Assembly: GCA_012295275.1 (NCBI GenBank)
Contig: CM022668.1
Span: forward strand, 372,001-436,000
Source of the DNA: Chrysomallon squamiferum
Lineage: Eukaryota; Animalia; Mollusca
Direction of reading: 5' to 3'
DNA length: 64,000 bases
Shown here in pieces: positions 1 through 13,128 of the stretch (within the stretch, counting starts at the first letter, position 1; each line of letters opens with the position of its first letter). Below the pieces are notes generated by a model, which worked only from the letters and a program-made list of their open reading frames with translations, searched no databases and was not told the DNA's origin. The position numbers and the translations under genes were made by a program.

Positions 1-3000
1 CCCCTTAAACGCTTTTAAGGGTTAATCATTACATCTGATATACATCACGTAGTGGGTGTTTCTGTTCATTGAGATGAGAGGAACACACCTCGCAACCGCT
101 CGCACTCCGAAACTTTCAATCGTATGCACACGTAACAGACAGCATTGAATGCGTTCAGTTCTCAACCAGCCCCTTAAACGCTGTTAAGGGTTAATCATTA
201 CATCTGATTTCCATGATTTTGTGCGTGATTCTGTTTATTGAGAAGAGACGAACACACGTCGGAGCCGCTCGCAGTGCGAAACTTTCAATCCTATACAGAC
301 ATAACAGACAGCATTGAATGCGTTCTGTTCTCAACCAGCCCCTTAAACGCTGTTTAGGGTTAGTCATTAGATCTGATTTCCACGAGGTAGTGCGTGATTC
401 TGTTTATTGAGAAGAGACGAACACACCTCGCAACCGCTCGCACTCCGAAACTTTCAATCGTACACACACATAACAGACAGCATTGAATGCGTTCAGTTCT
501 CAACCAGCCCCTTAAACGCTGTTAAGGGTTAATCATTACATCTGATATCCATCATGTTGTGCGTGATTCTGTTTATTGAGAAGAGACGAACACACGTCGG
601 AGCCGCTCGCACTCCGAAACTTTCAATCGGATAAACACATAACAGACAGCATTGAATGCGTTCAGTTCTTAACCAGCCCCTTAAACGCTGTTAAGGGTTA
701 ATCATTAGATCTGATTTCCATGAGGTAGTGCGTGATTCTGTTTCTTGAGAAGAGACCAACACACGTTGGAGCCGCTCGCACTCCGAAACTTTCAATCGAA
801 TACACACGTAACAGACAGCATTGAATGCGTTCAGTTCTCAACCAGCTCTTTAAACGCTGTTAAGGGTTAATCATTACATCTGATTTCGATGAGGTAGTGC
901 GTGTTTCTGTTTATTGAGAAGAGACGAACACACGTCGGAACCGCTCGCACTCCGAAACTTTCAATCGTATACACACATAACAGACAGCATTGAATGCGTT
1001 CAGTTCTCAACCAGCCCTTTAAACGCTGTTAAGGGTTAATCATTACATCTGATTTCCATGAGGTAGTGCGTGATTCTGTTTATTGAGAAGAGACGAACAC
1101 ACGTCGGAGCCGCTCGCACTCCGAAACTTTCAATCGGATAAACACATAACAGACAGCATTGAATGCGTTCAGTTCTCAACCAGCTCTTTAAACGCTGTTA
1201 AGGGTTAATCATTAGATCTGATTTTGATGAGCTGGTGGGTATGTGCGTTTATTGAGAAGAGACGAACACATCTCGCAACCGCTCGCACTCCGAAACTTCC
1301 AATCGTATGCACAGGTAACAGACAGCATTGAATGCGTTCAGTTCTCAACCAGCTCTTTAAACGCTGTTAAGGGTTAATCATTAGATCTGATTTTGATGAG
1401 CTGGTGGGTGTGTGCGTTTATTGAGAAGAGACGAACACATCTCGCAACCGCTCGCACGCCGAAACTTCCAATCGTATACACAGGTAACAGACAGCATTGA
1501 ATGCGTTCAGTTCTCAACCAGCTCTTTAAACGCTGTTAAGGGTTAATCATTAGATCTGATTTCCATGAGGTAGTGCGTGATTCTGTTTCTTGAGAAGAGA
1601 CGAACACACGTTGGAGCCGCTCGCACTCCGAAACTTTCAATCGAATACACACGTAACAGACAGCATTGAATGCGTTCAGTTCTCAACCAGCTCTTTAAAC
1701 GCTGTTAAGGGTTAATCATTACATCTGATTTCGATCATCTGATTTCGATGAGGTAGTGCGTGTTTCTATTTATTTTGAAGAGACGAACACACCTCGCAAC
1801 CGCTCGCACTCCGAAACTTTCAATCGTACACACACATAACAGACAGCATTGAATGCGTTCAGTTCTCAACTAGCCCCTTAAACGCTGTTAAGGGTTAATC
1901 ATTACATCTGATATCCATCATGTTGTGCGTGATTCTGTTTATTGAGAAGAGACGAACACACGTCGGAGCCGCTCGCACTCCGAAACTTTCAATCGGATAA
2001 ACACATAACAGACAGCATTGAATGCGTTCAGTACTTAACCAGACCCTTAAACGCTTTTAAGGGTTAATCATTACATCTGATATACATCACGTAGTGGGTG
2101 TTTCTGTTCATTGAGATGAGAGGAACACACCTCGCAACCGCTCGCACTCCGAAACTTTCAATCGTATGCACACGTAACAGACAGCATTGAATGCGTTCAG
2201 TTCTCAACCAGCCCCTTAAACGCTGTTAAGGGTTAATCATTACATCTGATTTCCATGATTTTGTGCGTGATTCTGTTTATTGAGAAGAGACGAACACACG
2301 TCGGAGCCGCTCGCACTCCGAAACTTTCAATCGGATAAACACATAACAGACAGCATTGAATGCGTTCAGTTCTCAACCAGCTCTTTAAACGCTGTTAAGG
2401 GTTAATCATTAGATCTGATTTCGATGAGGTAGTGCGTGTTTCTGTTTATTGAGAAGAGACGAACACACGTCGGAACCGCTCGCACTCCGAAACTTTCAAT
2501 CGTATACACACATAACAGACAGCATTGAATGCGTTCAGTTTTCAAGCAGGTCTTTAAACGCTGTTAAGGGTTAATCATTAGATCTGATTTTGATGAGATG
2601 GTGGGTATGTGCGTTTAGTGAGAACAGACGAACACATCTCGCAACCGCTCGCACTCCGAAACTTCCAATCGTATGCACAGGTAACAGACAGCATTGAATG
2701 CGTTCAGTTCTCAACCAGCTCTTTAAACGCTGTTAAGGGTTAACCACTAGATCTGATTTTGATGAGCTGGTGGGTGTGTGCGTTTATTGACAAGAGACGA
2801 ACACATCTCGCAAACGCTCGCACGCCGAAACTTCCAATCGTATGCACAGGTAACAGACAGCATTGAATGCGTTCAGTTCTCAACCAGCTCTTTGAACGCT
2901 GTTAAGGGTTAATCATTACATCTGATTTCGATGAGGTAGTGCGTGTTTCTATTTATTTTGAAGAGACGAACACACCTCGCAACCGCTCGCACTCCGAAAC

Positions 3001-3203
3001 TTTCAATCGTACACACACATAACAGACAGCATTGAATGCGTTCAGTTCTCAACTAGCCCCTTAAACGCTGTTAAGGGTTAATCATTACATCTGATATCCA
3101 TCATGTTGTGCGTGATTCTGTTTATTGAAAGAGACGAACACCGTCGGAACCGTTCGCTCCGAAAACGCAATCCTATAAACAGACATATGGAACGGCATTG
3201 AAT
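1..3203. repeat. Tandem satellite DNA, 169-bp monomer (~19 copies), truncated by gap
   Basis: CCCCTTAAACGC recurs at 1, 170, 339, 508 (169-bp period). Monomers share AACAGACAGCATTGAATGCGTTCAG and CCGCTCGCACTCCGAAACTT. Confidence 0.97.
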
Positions 3204-3403
3204 NNNNNNNNNNNNNNNNNNNNNNNNNNNNNNNNNNNNNNNNNNNNNNNNNNNNNNNNNNNNNNNNNNNNNNNNNNNNNNNNNNNNNNNNNNNNNNNNN
3301 NNNNNNNNNNNNNNNNNNNNNNNNNNNNNNNNNNNNNNNNNNNNNNNNNNNNNNNNNNNNNNNNNNNNNNNNNNNNNNNNNNNNNNNNNNNNNNNNNNNN
3401 NNN
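3204..3403. other. Assembly gap (200 N)
   Basis: Run of exactly 200 N. Confidence 1.
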
Positions 3404-3783
3404 ACTTAATTATCTTTCTTTTTGTTTTTGAGTTGGTCCTTATGTCTGAAAAGCAGATCAACAGTCATTTAGCTATTTCTAAAGACCAACATTATGAAAA
3501 GACAATTCTCAGTACTAAATTGTAATTTATATCCGAACTCCCCCCAAAACAAGAAGAAGAAAACAAAAACACACAAAAACATATATCAACATATACAAAG
3601 TGAGTGAAACTGATAGGCAATTACCTAGAGGATCTGGTGTTTTACTTACTTCTTTCCTAATGTGTGTGTGTATGTGTGTGTGTGTGTGTGTACGCGCGTT
3701 AAACTTCGATAATTTCAGATGGAAGGGGTCTGAAAAAGCAGCTTGAATTTCTTGATTTGTAGCCATAATGCAGTAGTCATGTT

Positions 3784-3960
3784 TTAACATTAAAACATAA
3801 AGTTCATTTCAGTTTTCAGTTTTCAAACGTTTAAAAAATGGTTACGAACAAAAACTAACGCATGCTCCCGGTGACGTCATATAATATTATCTCCCTTATT
3901 CCGGTTCCCCTAAACGTTGTAAATTGTAACAATGTTAACCATAGCACCATTTATATAACA
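3784..3960. mobile_element. Solo LTR-like insertion (left terminus trimmed)
   Basis: Ends ATAACA followed by ATGTT. Absent from copy B (empty site GTCATGTTGAAATT near 33131). The copy at 46219-46406 retains both termini. Confidence 0.6.
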
Positions 3961-4265
3961 ATGTTGAAATTAAAAATCTCAATTTTTCTCTTATTCTTTT
4001 AACAAATTAATTCTAGCATACATAGATCACGAGTTATGAAAAAAATGAAAATTACACAAGGACTTTATAAAAAATCTTTACATTAGTACACATTACTACA
4101 TCTGATAACAAATGTAACTGATGTTTACACCTTACAGATTTATTTCCCCTTATGTCTGATGTGAAATTCATTTTCTCATTTAAAAAGAATTCTGGATGCT
4201 AGGAATCACCATCTCTCTTGATCATCAAGTAAGACATTGTAGGCCTACATGTATGCATAAAGTTC

Positions 4266-4508
4266 ACATATAAAAGTTTCCTGGGTATAATATTTTTTGT
4301 TTAGCCATAATAGAGATTTTAAAAAATGCATACCTGCATGGATGATTGATACAATGCATTACAATGTACATTTTTTCTGAATTGATCATTCAGGTTTTAG
4401 TTAATCTGATGTTAATGGCTGAAAAGGTGTTATTTTCATGTATGTGCATTTTTTAAATCTATATTGTGGCTAAACAAAAAATATTACACCCAGGAAACTT
4501 TTATATGT
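4266..4508. mobile_element. Foldback/MITE-like element with ~68-bp inverted arms
   Basis: ACATATAAAAGTTTCCTGGGTATAATATTTTTTGTTTAGCCA (4266-) is the reverse complement of the arm ending CCCAGGAAACTTTTATATGT (4508), with few mismatches. Region absent in copy B. Confidence 0.7.
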
Positions 4509-5108
4509 TTTAGCTAACATGTGGGAGATTAAATTTCAATAAAGGTCATCTCAAGATCACGTGGTCCACACGGTCAGTTTCAAGGTCACAGCAAAGGTCA
4601 AAAGGTCAAGGTACTCCAATATTATCCAAGCTAAACAAAAATGGCAGATTTGGTATCCTTGTCATTTTGCCTTTCTAACAATATGATATGAGGGTTCTAA
4701 GGTTGGTGGTCACACCCATTTTTGGCAAAAATCTCAAAATTCGGTGGGCCGTATCTCCCACACCACTGGTCTGATTGAGCTAAAATTTCAGATTTGGTGC
4801 TGTGGGATCCCAGTCAACAAGTATACCAAGAAGGTATCTGAGAAGGTCGGGTTTAAACCATTGGGTGATTTGACAGGGAATGACACTAAATCATTTGGAT
4901 TTCATATGTGAAAGTTAATTTAAGATCCAATCCATTGAATAAGAAGAACACGACTTTGGTTGATGATGTTTTGTCAGATGCTGAATGAGACATTGATGAC
5001 TTTCTGTTTCACAGTGTTTCATCTAACAAGTTCTCTTGAGACATTTATAACTTCTCATTTGGTGAGGAAATATAGTATAATAGAATAACTAATCCTATAC
5101 TCAAAGCC

Positions 5109-5305
5109 TCAAGTAATAAATGCATTTTCTCCAAATGTAGGAACCTGAAATAATATTATTAAGTTCATGTGTCAGACACTAAACAAAATTTAAAAATCTA
5201 ATTAACTGACATGTATGAATGTATGTATATTTAATCATTGTGTGTGTTTGTGTGTCCATATTACATATAAACTGAATTAATTTTTATTTATAATAATGCT
5301 ATATT

Positions 5306-5338
<33 letters not shown>

Positions 5339-5790
5339 ATATTACATATAAACTGAATTAATTTTTATTTACAATAATGCTATATTGGTGTGTGTGTTTG
5401 TGTGTGTTTAGAAAAAATATTTATCAATTTGTAAACTGCTAAATATCAGTGAAAATAAAATATAAATTAATATACCTTTAATGATGTTTGCTCCTTTATG
5501 TCCCATCACAAGTCTGAAGTTTGAAACAGTTATAAAGTTAGTAAATATATCAATAAACATGTAGTGAGTTATAGTATCTGTAGTATCTGTGTGTTTTTAT
5601 GTGTGAAAACCTGGTCAATTTATTTGTGTATCTATGACACCTGTGTTTTTAGAAACGTTTTGTATGTGTATGTGTGTATGTATACTGGTAATAGGTGGAA
5701 AAAATGGGTAACTAGTTCTAAAATTAATTTTACAAATAAGAACAAATATTTCTTGACTGTGTTAATTGTTTATGTTTCTTTGCCAGTGTT

Positions 5791-5838
<48 letters not shown>

Positions 5839-8800
5839 TTTACAAAACATTATTTAATAATTTGTAAACTGGAAAGTATCAGTGACAATAAAATATAAAT
5901 AAAAATACCTTTAATAATGTTTGCTCATTAGTGTCACCATCACAAGTCTGAAGTTTAAAACAGTTATAAAGTTAGTAAATATATCAGTAAACATGTAGTG
6001 AGTTATACTTACAGTATCTGTAGTATCTGTGTGTTTTTAATGTATGATAACCTGGTCAATTTATATTTCTATCTATGGCACCTGTGTTTCTACAAATGTT
6101 AGGCATGTATATGTGTGTATGTATACCAGTAATGGATGGAAAACATGGATAAATAGTTCTAAAATTAACTTTACAAATCAGAACATATATTTCTAGGCTG
6201 TGTTGTTTGTGCCTCTTTGTTGTTGTCTGCAGTCAAAATGAAACAATTGCTGTCATACCACAAAATTAATGCGATGAGTTTATTGTTACTTTGTGATCCT
6301 CAAAGTGCAGTATGTTGCTGGATATTGCTAGTAATCATACCTGTAATTTGACTTCACTCAGACTGCCCATGTTTTGGAAGTCATAGGCAATGTTAACAAC
6401 TGAGTAACATACAACTCTAACACCTGAGTAACATACAACTCTAACACCTGAGTAACATACAACTCTAACACCTGAGTTACATACAATCTAACACCTGAGT
6501 TACATACAACTCTAACAACTGAGTTACATACAACTCTAACACCTGTGTAACATACAACTCTAACACCTGAGTCACATACAACTCTAATACCTGAGTAACA
6601 TACAACTCTAACACCTGAGTAACATACAACTCTAACACCTGAGTAACATACAATCTAACACCTGAGTTACATACAACTCTAACACCTGAGTAACATACAA
6701 CTCTAACACCTGAGTAACATACAACTCTAACACCTGAGTAACAACTCTCTAACACCTGAGTAACATACAACTCTAACACCTGAGTAACATACAACTCTAA
6801 CACCTGAGTAACATACAACTCTAACACCTGAGTAACATACAACTCTAACACCTGAGTTACATACAACTCTAACACCTGAGTAACATACAACTCTAACAAC
6901 TGAGTAACATACAACTCTAACACCTGAGTAACATACAACTCTAACACCTGAGTAACATACAACTCTAACAACTGAGTAACATACAACTCTAACAACTGAG
7001 TAACACATACATACAACTCTAACAACTGAGTAACATACAACTCTAACACCTGAGTAACATACAACAACTAACAACTGAGTAACATACAACTCTAACAACT
7101 GAGTAACATACAACTCTAACACCTGAGTAACATACAACTCTAACACCTGAGTAACATACAACTCTAACAACTGAGTAACATACAACTCTAACAACTGAGT
7201 AACATACAACTCTAACAACTGAGTAACATACAACTCTAACAACTGAGTAACATACAACTCTAACAACTGAGTAACATACAACTCTAACAACTGAGTAACA
7301 TACAACTCTAACACCTGAGTAACAACTCTAACAACTGAGTAACATACAACTAACAACTGAGTAACATACAACTCTAACAACTGAGTAACATACAACTCTA
7401 ACACCTGAGTAACATACAACTCTAACACCACACTCTAACAACTGAGTAACATACAACTCTAACAACTGAGTAACATACAACTCTAACAACTGAGTAACAT
7501 ACAACTCTAACAACTGAGTAACATACAACTCTAACAACTGAGTAACATACAACTCACACAACTCTAACAACTGAGTAACATACAACTCTAACAACTGAGT
7601 AACATACAACTCTAACAACTATAACAACTGAGTAACATACAACTCTAACAACTGAGTAACATACAACTCTAACAACTGAGTAACACAGAGTAACACAACT
7701 CTAACAACTGAGTAACATACAACTCTAACAACTGAGTAACATACAACTCTAACAACTGAGTAACACACAACTCTAACAACTGAGTAACATACAACTCTAA
7801 CAACTGAGTAACACACAACTCACACAACTATAACAACTGAGTAACATACAACTCTAACAACTGAGTAACATACAACTCTGGTAACACAACTAGTAACAAC
7901 TGAGTAACATACAGCTCTAAACTGAGTAACACACAACTCAGCAACAACTATAACAACTGGGTAACATACAACTCTAACAACTGAGTAACATACATAACAA
8001 CTAACACAACTCTAACAACTGAGTAACATACAACTCTAACAACTGAGTAACATACAACTCTAACAACTGAGTAACATACAACTCTAACAACTGAGTAACA
8101 TACAACTCTAACAACCTGAGTAACATACAACTCTAACAACTGAGTAACATACAACTCTAACAACTGAGTAACATACAACTCTAACAACTGAGTAACATAC
8201 AACTCTAACAACTGAGTAACATACAACTCTAACAACTGGGTAAACAAACATACAACTCATAACAACTGGTAACACAACTCTCAACAACTGAGTAACAACA
8301 TACAACTATAACAACTGAGTAACATACAACTCTAACAACTGAGTAACATACAACTCTAACAACTGAGTAACACACAACTCACACAACTCTAACAACTGAG
8401 TAACATACAACTCTAACAACTGAGTAACACACAACTCAAACAACTCTAACAACTGAGTAACATACAACTCTAACAACTGAGTAACACACAACTATAACAA
8501 CTGAGTACTCTCTAACTGAGTAACAACTGAGTAACACACAGCTCACACAACTACAACAACTGAGTAACAACTGAGTAACATACAACTCTAACAACTGAGT
8601 AACATACAACTCTAACAACTGAGTAACATACAACTCTAACACCTGAGTAACATACACAACTCTAACAACTGAGTAACATACAACTCTAACAACTGGTAAC
8701 ATACAACTCTAACAACTGAGTAACATACAACTGAGTAACATACAACTCTAACAACTGAGTAACATACAACTCTAACAACTGGTAACATACAACTCTAACA

Positions 8801-11800
8801 ACTGAGTAACATACAACTCTAACAACTGAGTAACATAACATACTCTAACAACTGGTAACATACAACTCTGAGTAACATACAACTCTAACACTGAGTAACA
8901 TATAACAACTGAGTAACACTCTAACACCTGAGTAACATACAACTCTAACAACTGAGTAACATACAACTCTAACAACTGAGTAACACACAACTAACACCTG
9001 AGTAACATACAATCTAACAACTAACATACAACTCAACTGAGTAACACTCTAACACCTGAGTAACACAACTCTAACAGTAACAACTCTAACAACTGAGTAA
9101 CATACAACTCTAACAACTGAGTAAACATACAACTCTAACAACTGAGTAACATACAACTCTAACAACTGAGTAACTAAACTGGGTAACATACAACTCTAAC
9201 AACTGAGTAACATACAACTCTAACAACTGAGTAACATACAACTCTAACAACTGAGTAACATACAACTCTAACAACTGAGTAACACACAACTCTAACAACT
9301 GAGTAACATACAACTCTAACAACTGAGTAACACACAACTCTATAACAACTGAGTAAACTGGGTAACACACAACTCACACAACTATAACAACTGAGTAACA
9401 TACAACTCTAACAACTGAGTAACATACAACTCACACAACTATAACAACTGAGTAACATACAACTCTAACAACTGAGTAACATACAACTCACACAACTATA
9501 ACAACTGAGTAACATACAACTCACACAACTATAACAACTGAGTAACATACAACTCAACACAACTGGTAACATACAGTAACATACAACTCTAACAACTGAG
9601 TAACATACAACTCTAACAACTGAGTAACATACAACTCTAACAACTGAGTAACACACACAACTCTAACAACTGAGTAACAACAACTCAACAACTAACAACT
9701 GAGTAACATACAACTCTAACAACTGAGTAACACACAGCTCTAACAACTGAGTAACTGAGTAACATACACAACTCTAACAACTGAGTAACATACAACTCTA
9801 ACAACTGAGTAACATACAGCTCTAACAACTGAGTAACACTATAACAACTGAGTAACATACAACTCTAACAACTGAGTAACAGTAACACACAACTCACAAA
9901 CTCTAACAACTGAGTAATACAACTCTACAACTGAGTAACACACAACTCTAACAACTGAGTAACATACAACTCACACAACTATAACAACTGAGTAACATAC
10001 AACTCTAACAACTGAGTAACAAGTAAACTGGGTAATACAACTCTACATAAACTCTAACAACTGAGTAACATACAACTCTAACAACAACTGAGTAACACAT
10101 ACACTCTAACAACTGAGTAACACACAACTCTAACAACTGAGTAACACACAACTCTAACAACTGAGTAACATACAACTCTAACAACTCTAACAACTGAGTA
10201 ACATACAGCTAACAATAACACACAACTCTAACAACTGAGTAACATACAACTCTAAACAAACTAACAACTGAGTAACATACAACTCTAACAACTGAGTAAC
10301 ATACAACTCTAACAACTGAGTAACACACAACTCAACAACTCTAACAACTGAGTAACATACAACTCTAACAACTGAGTAACACACAACTCTAACAACTGAG
10401 TAACATACAACTCTAACAACTGAGTAACACACAACTCTAACAACTGAGTAACAACTAACACACAGTAACAACTGAGTAACACAACTCTAACAACTGTAAG
10501 TAACATCACAACTCTAACAACTGAGTAACATACAACTCTAACAACTGAGTAACATACAACTCTAACAACTGAGTAACATACAACTCTAACAACTGAGTAA
10601 CATACAACTCTAACAACTGAGTAACATACAACTCTAACAACTGAGTAACATACAACTCTAACAACTGAGTAACATACAACTCTAACAACTGAGTAACATA
10701 CAACTCTAACAACTGAGTAACATACAACTCTAACAACTGAGTAACATACAACTCACACAACTCTAACAACTGAGTAACATACAACTCTAACAACTGAGTA
10801 ACATACAACTCTAACAACTGAGTAACATACAACTCACACAACTCTAACAACTGAGTAACATACAACTCTAACAACTGAGTAACACAACTCAACACAACTC
10901 AAACAACTCTAACATACAACTCTAACAACTGAGTAACATACAACTCTAACAACTGAACAACATACAACTCTACAACTCTAACAACTGAGTAACAACTCAC
11001 AAACTCTAACAACTGGGTAACATACAACTCTAACAACTGAGTAACATACAACTATAACAACTGGTAACAACTCTAACAACTGAGTAAATACAATACAACT
11101 CTAACAACTGAGTAACATACAACTCTAACAACTGAGTAACACAACTAACAAACAAACTCTAACAACTGAGTAACACACAACTCTAACAACTGAGTAACAC
11201 ACAACTCTAACAACTGAGTAACACACAACTCTAACAACTGAGTAACATACAACTAACAACTGAGTAACACACAACTCTAACAACTGTAACAGTAACAACT
11301 GAGTAACACACAACTAACAACTGAGCAACACACAACTCTAACAACTGAGTAACACACAACTCTAACAACTGAGTAACACACAACTATAACAACTGAGTAA
11401 ACTAACAACTGAGTAACACAACACACAACTATAACAACTGAGTAACACACAACTCTAACAACTGAGTAACACACAACTCACACAACTATAACAACTGAGT
11501 AACACACAACTCTAACAACTGAGTAACACACAACTCACACAACTATAACAACTGAGTAACACACAACTCTAACAACTGAGTAACACACAACTCACACAAC
11601 TATAACTGAGTAACACACAACTCTAACAACTGAGTAACACACAACTCACACAACTATAACAACTGAGTAACACACAACTCTAACAACTGAGTAACACACA
11701 ACTCACACAACTATAACAACTGAGTAACATACAACTCTAACAACTGAGTAACATACAACTCTAACAACTGAGTAACATACAACTCTAACAGCAGTCACAG

Positions 11801-13067
11801 ACATCTCTCAGACCCATGTCATAGACAAATCTAACAACTGAGTCACAGACAATTAACAGTTGAGTTGCATACAACTAGCAGTTGAGTTACAGACATATCT
11901 AACATCTGAGTAAAAGACAAGTCTAACAATTGAGTCAGAGGGAACTAACAATTCAGTCACAGGTATCTCTAACAATTGAGTCATAGACAACTAACACCTG
12001 ATTAATGTAAACTCACATCTGAGTCACAAACAACTCTAAACAAAAAACAAAACAAAAAATATTAAAAAGTAACAGAAATTAATTAACACGTCAGTAACTC
12101 TCGAACTGTGATGGATGTAAGATGAAACTGATTTTGAGCAAACGGTGATGTCTGTTCTGAGTGAACTCATAACATGGTATTTTGAGTAATAGATCAGAAA
12201 CTATTTCAGTGCTCATTAATATGAAATATTATTTTTACAATCAGTAATAAGCACATGAAAAATATATCGAATAGCAGTACATTAAAAAAATAGTATTCAG
12301 AGCAATATTTCATGTAATAGATAAAGTACTATTTTTATTAACTCAGTAATTTACTATTAAATAATATTCTGAGTAATGACTAAATTTTGGTTTCAGTAAT
12401 GATAAACAGCATTTAGAACATCTGATAAAAAAATAATTACTTGAATAACTGATAACAAGTATTTTGATTATCTAACAAATAGTATTTTGACTAATTAATA
12501 AACAGTATATTGATTACCTGATAGTATCTGTTTTGAGTAACTGACAGTGCTATTTCAGTGATTAATTAATAACATTTTGAGTAAGTGATAAACAGTATTT
12601 AATGTAACTCATAAACAATATTCTGAGTATCTGGTAACACTATTTTGAGTTTTCTTACTTGAAAACTTACTGTGCTTGTCTGTTTATCATGATTATCATG
12701 CAGCAAAGGCTGAAAAATAAATTAAAGTGATTTACGTAAATAAAAATATAAGTCTGTATGTATAAACTGAATTTATTTTTAACTATGATAATGATATATA
12801 GGTGTCTCTCTGTGTGTATGTATGGGTATGTAAATGTTTATTTACCAACAAATTATTTAACAATTTGTAAACTGGAAAGTATCAGTAACAGTAAAATATG
12901 AATTAAAATACCTCAGATAATGTTTGCTCCTTAGTGTCACCATCACAAGTCTGAAGTTTGAAACAGTTATAAAATTAGTAAATATATCAGTAAATGTGTA
13001 GGCAATGAAAAAAGTGAGTTGTAGTATCTGTAGTATCTGTGTGTTTTTATGTATAAATCGTTTACAT

Positions 13068-13128
<61 letters not shown>

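Noticed and set aside
1-3203. CRISPR array or 5S/tRNA tandem
   Set aside because: Whole monomers repeat with no unique spacers; no recognisable 5S or tRNA structure; eukaryotic context.
4545-4612. Cluster of AGGTCA nuclear-receptor half sites
   Set aside because: Lies within a repeat-derived insertion absent from copy B; no evidence of function.
4940-5144. Longer alternative frame or death domain in the last exon
   Set aside because: The upstream exon ends in phase 0 and the stop is conserved in all three copies. Other frames are short and unconserved, and no death-domain-like sequence was found.
6477-11474. Long ORFs LELYVTQL/VRVVCYSV as a repeat or amyloid protein
   Set aside because: These are translations of the 24-bp intronic array. 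Frameshifts are frequent, the B paralog has a different unit, and no splice sites link them to the gene.
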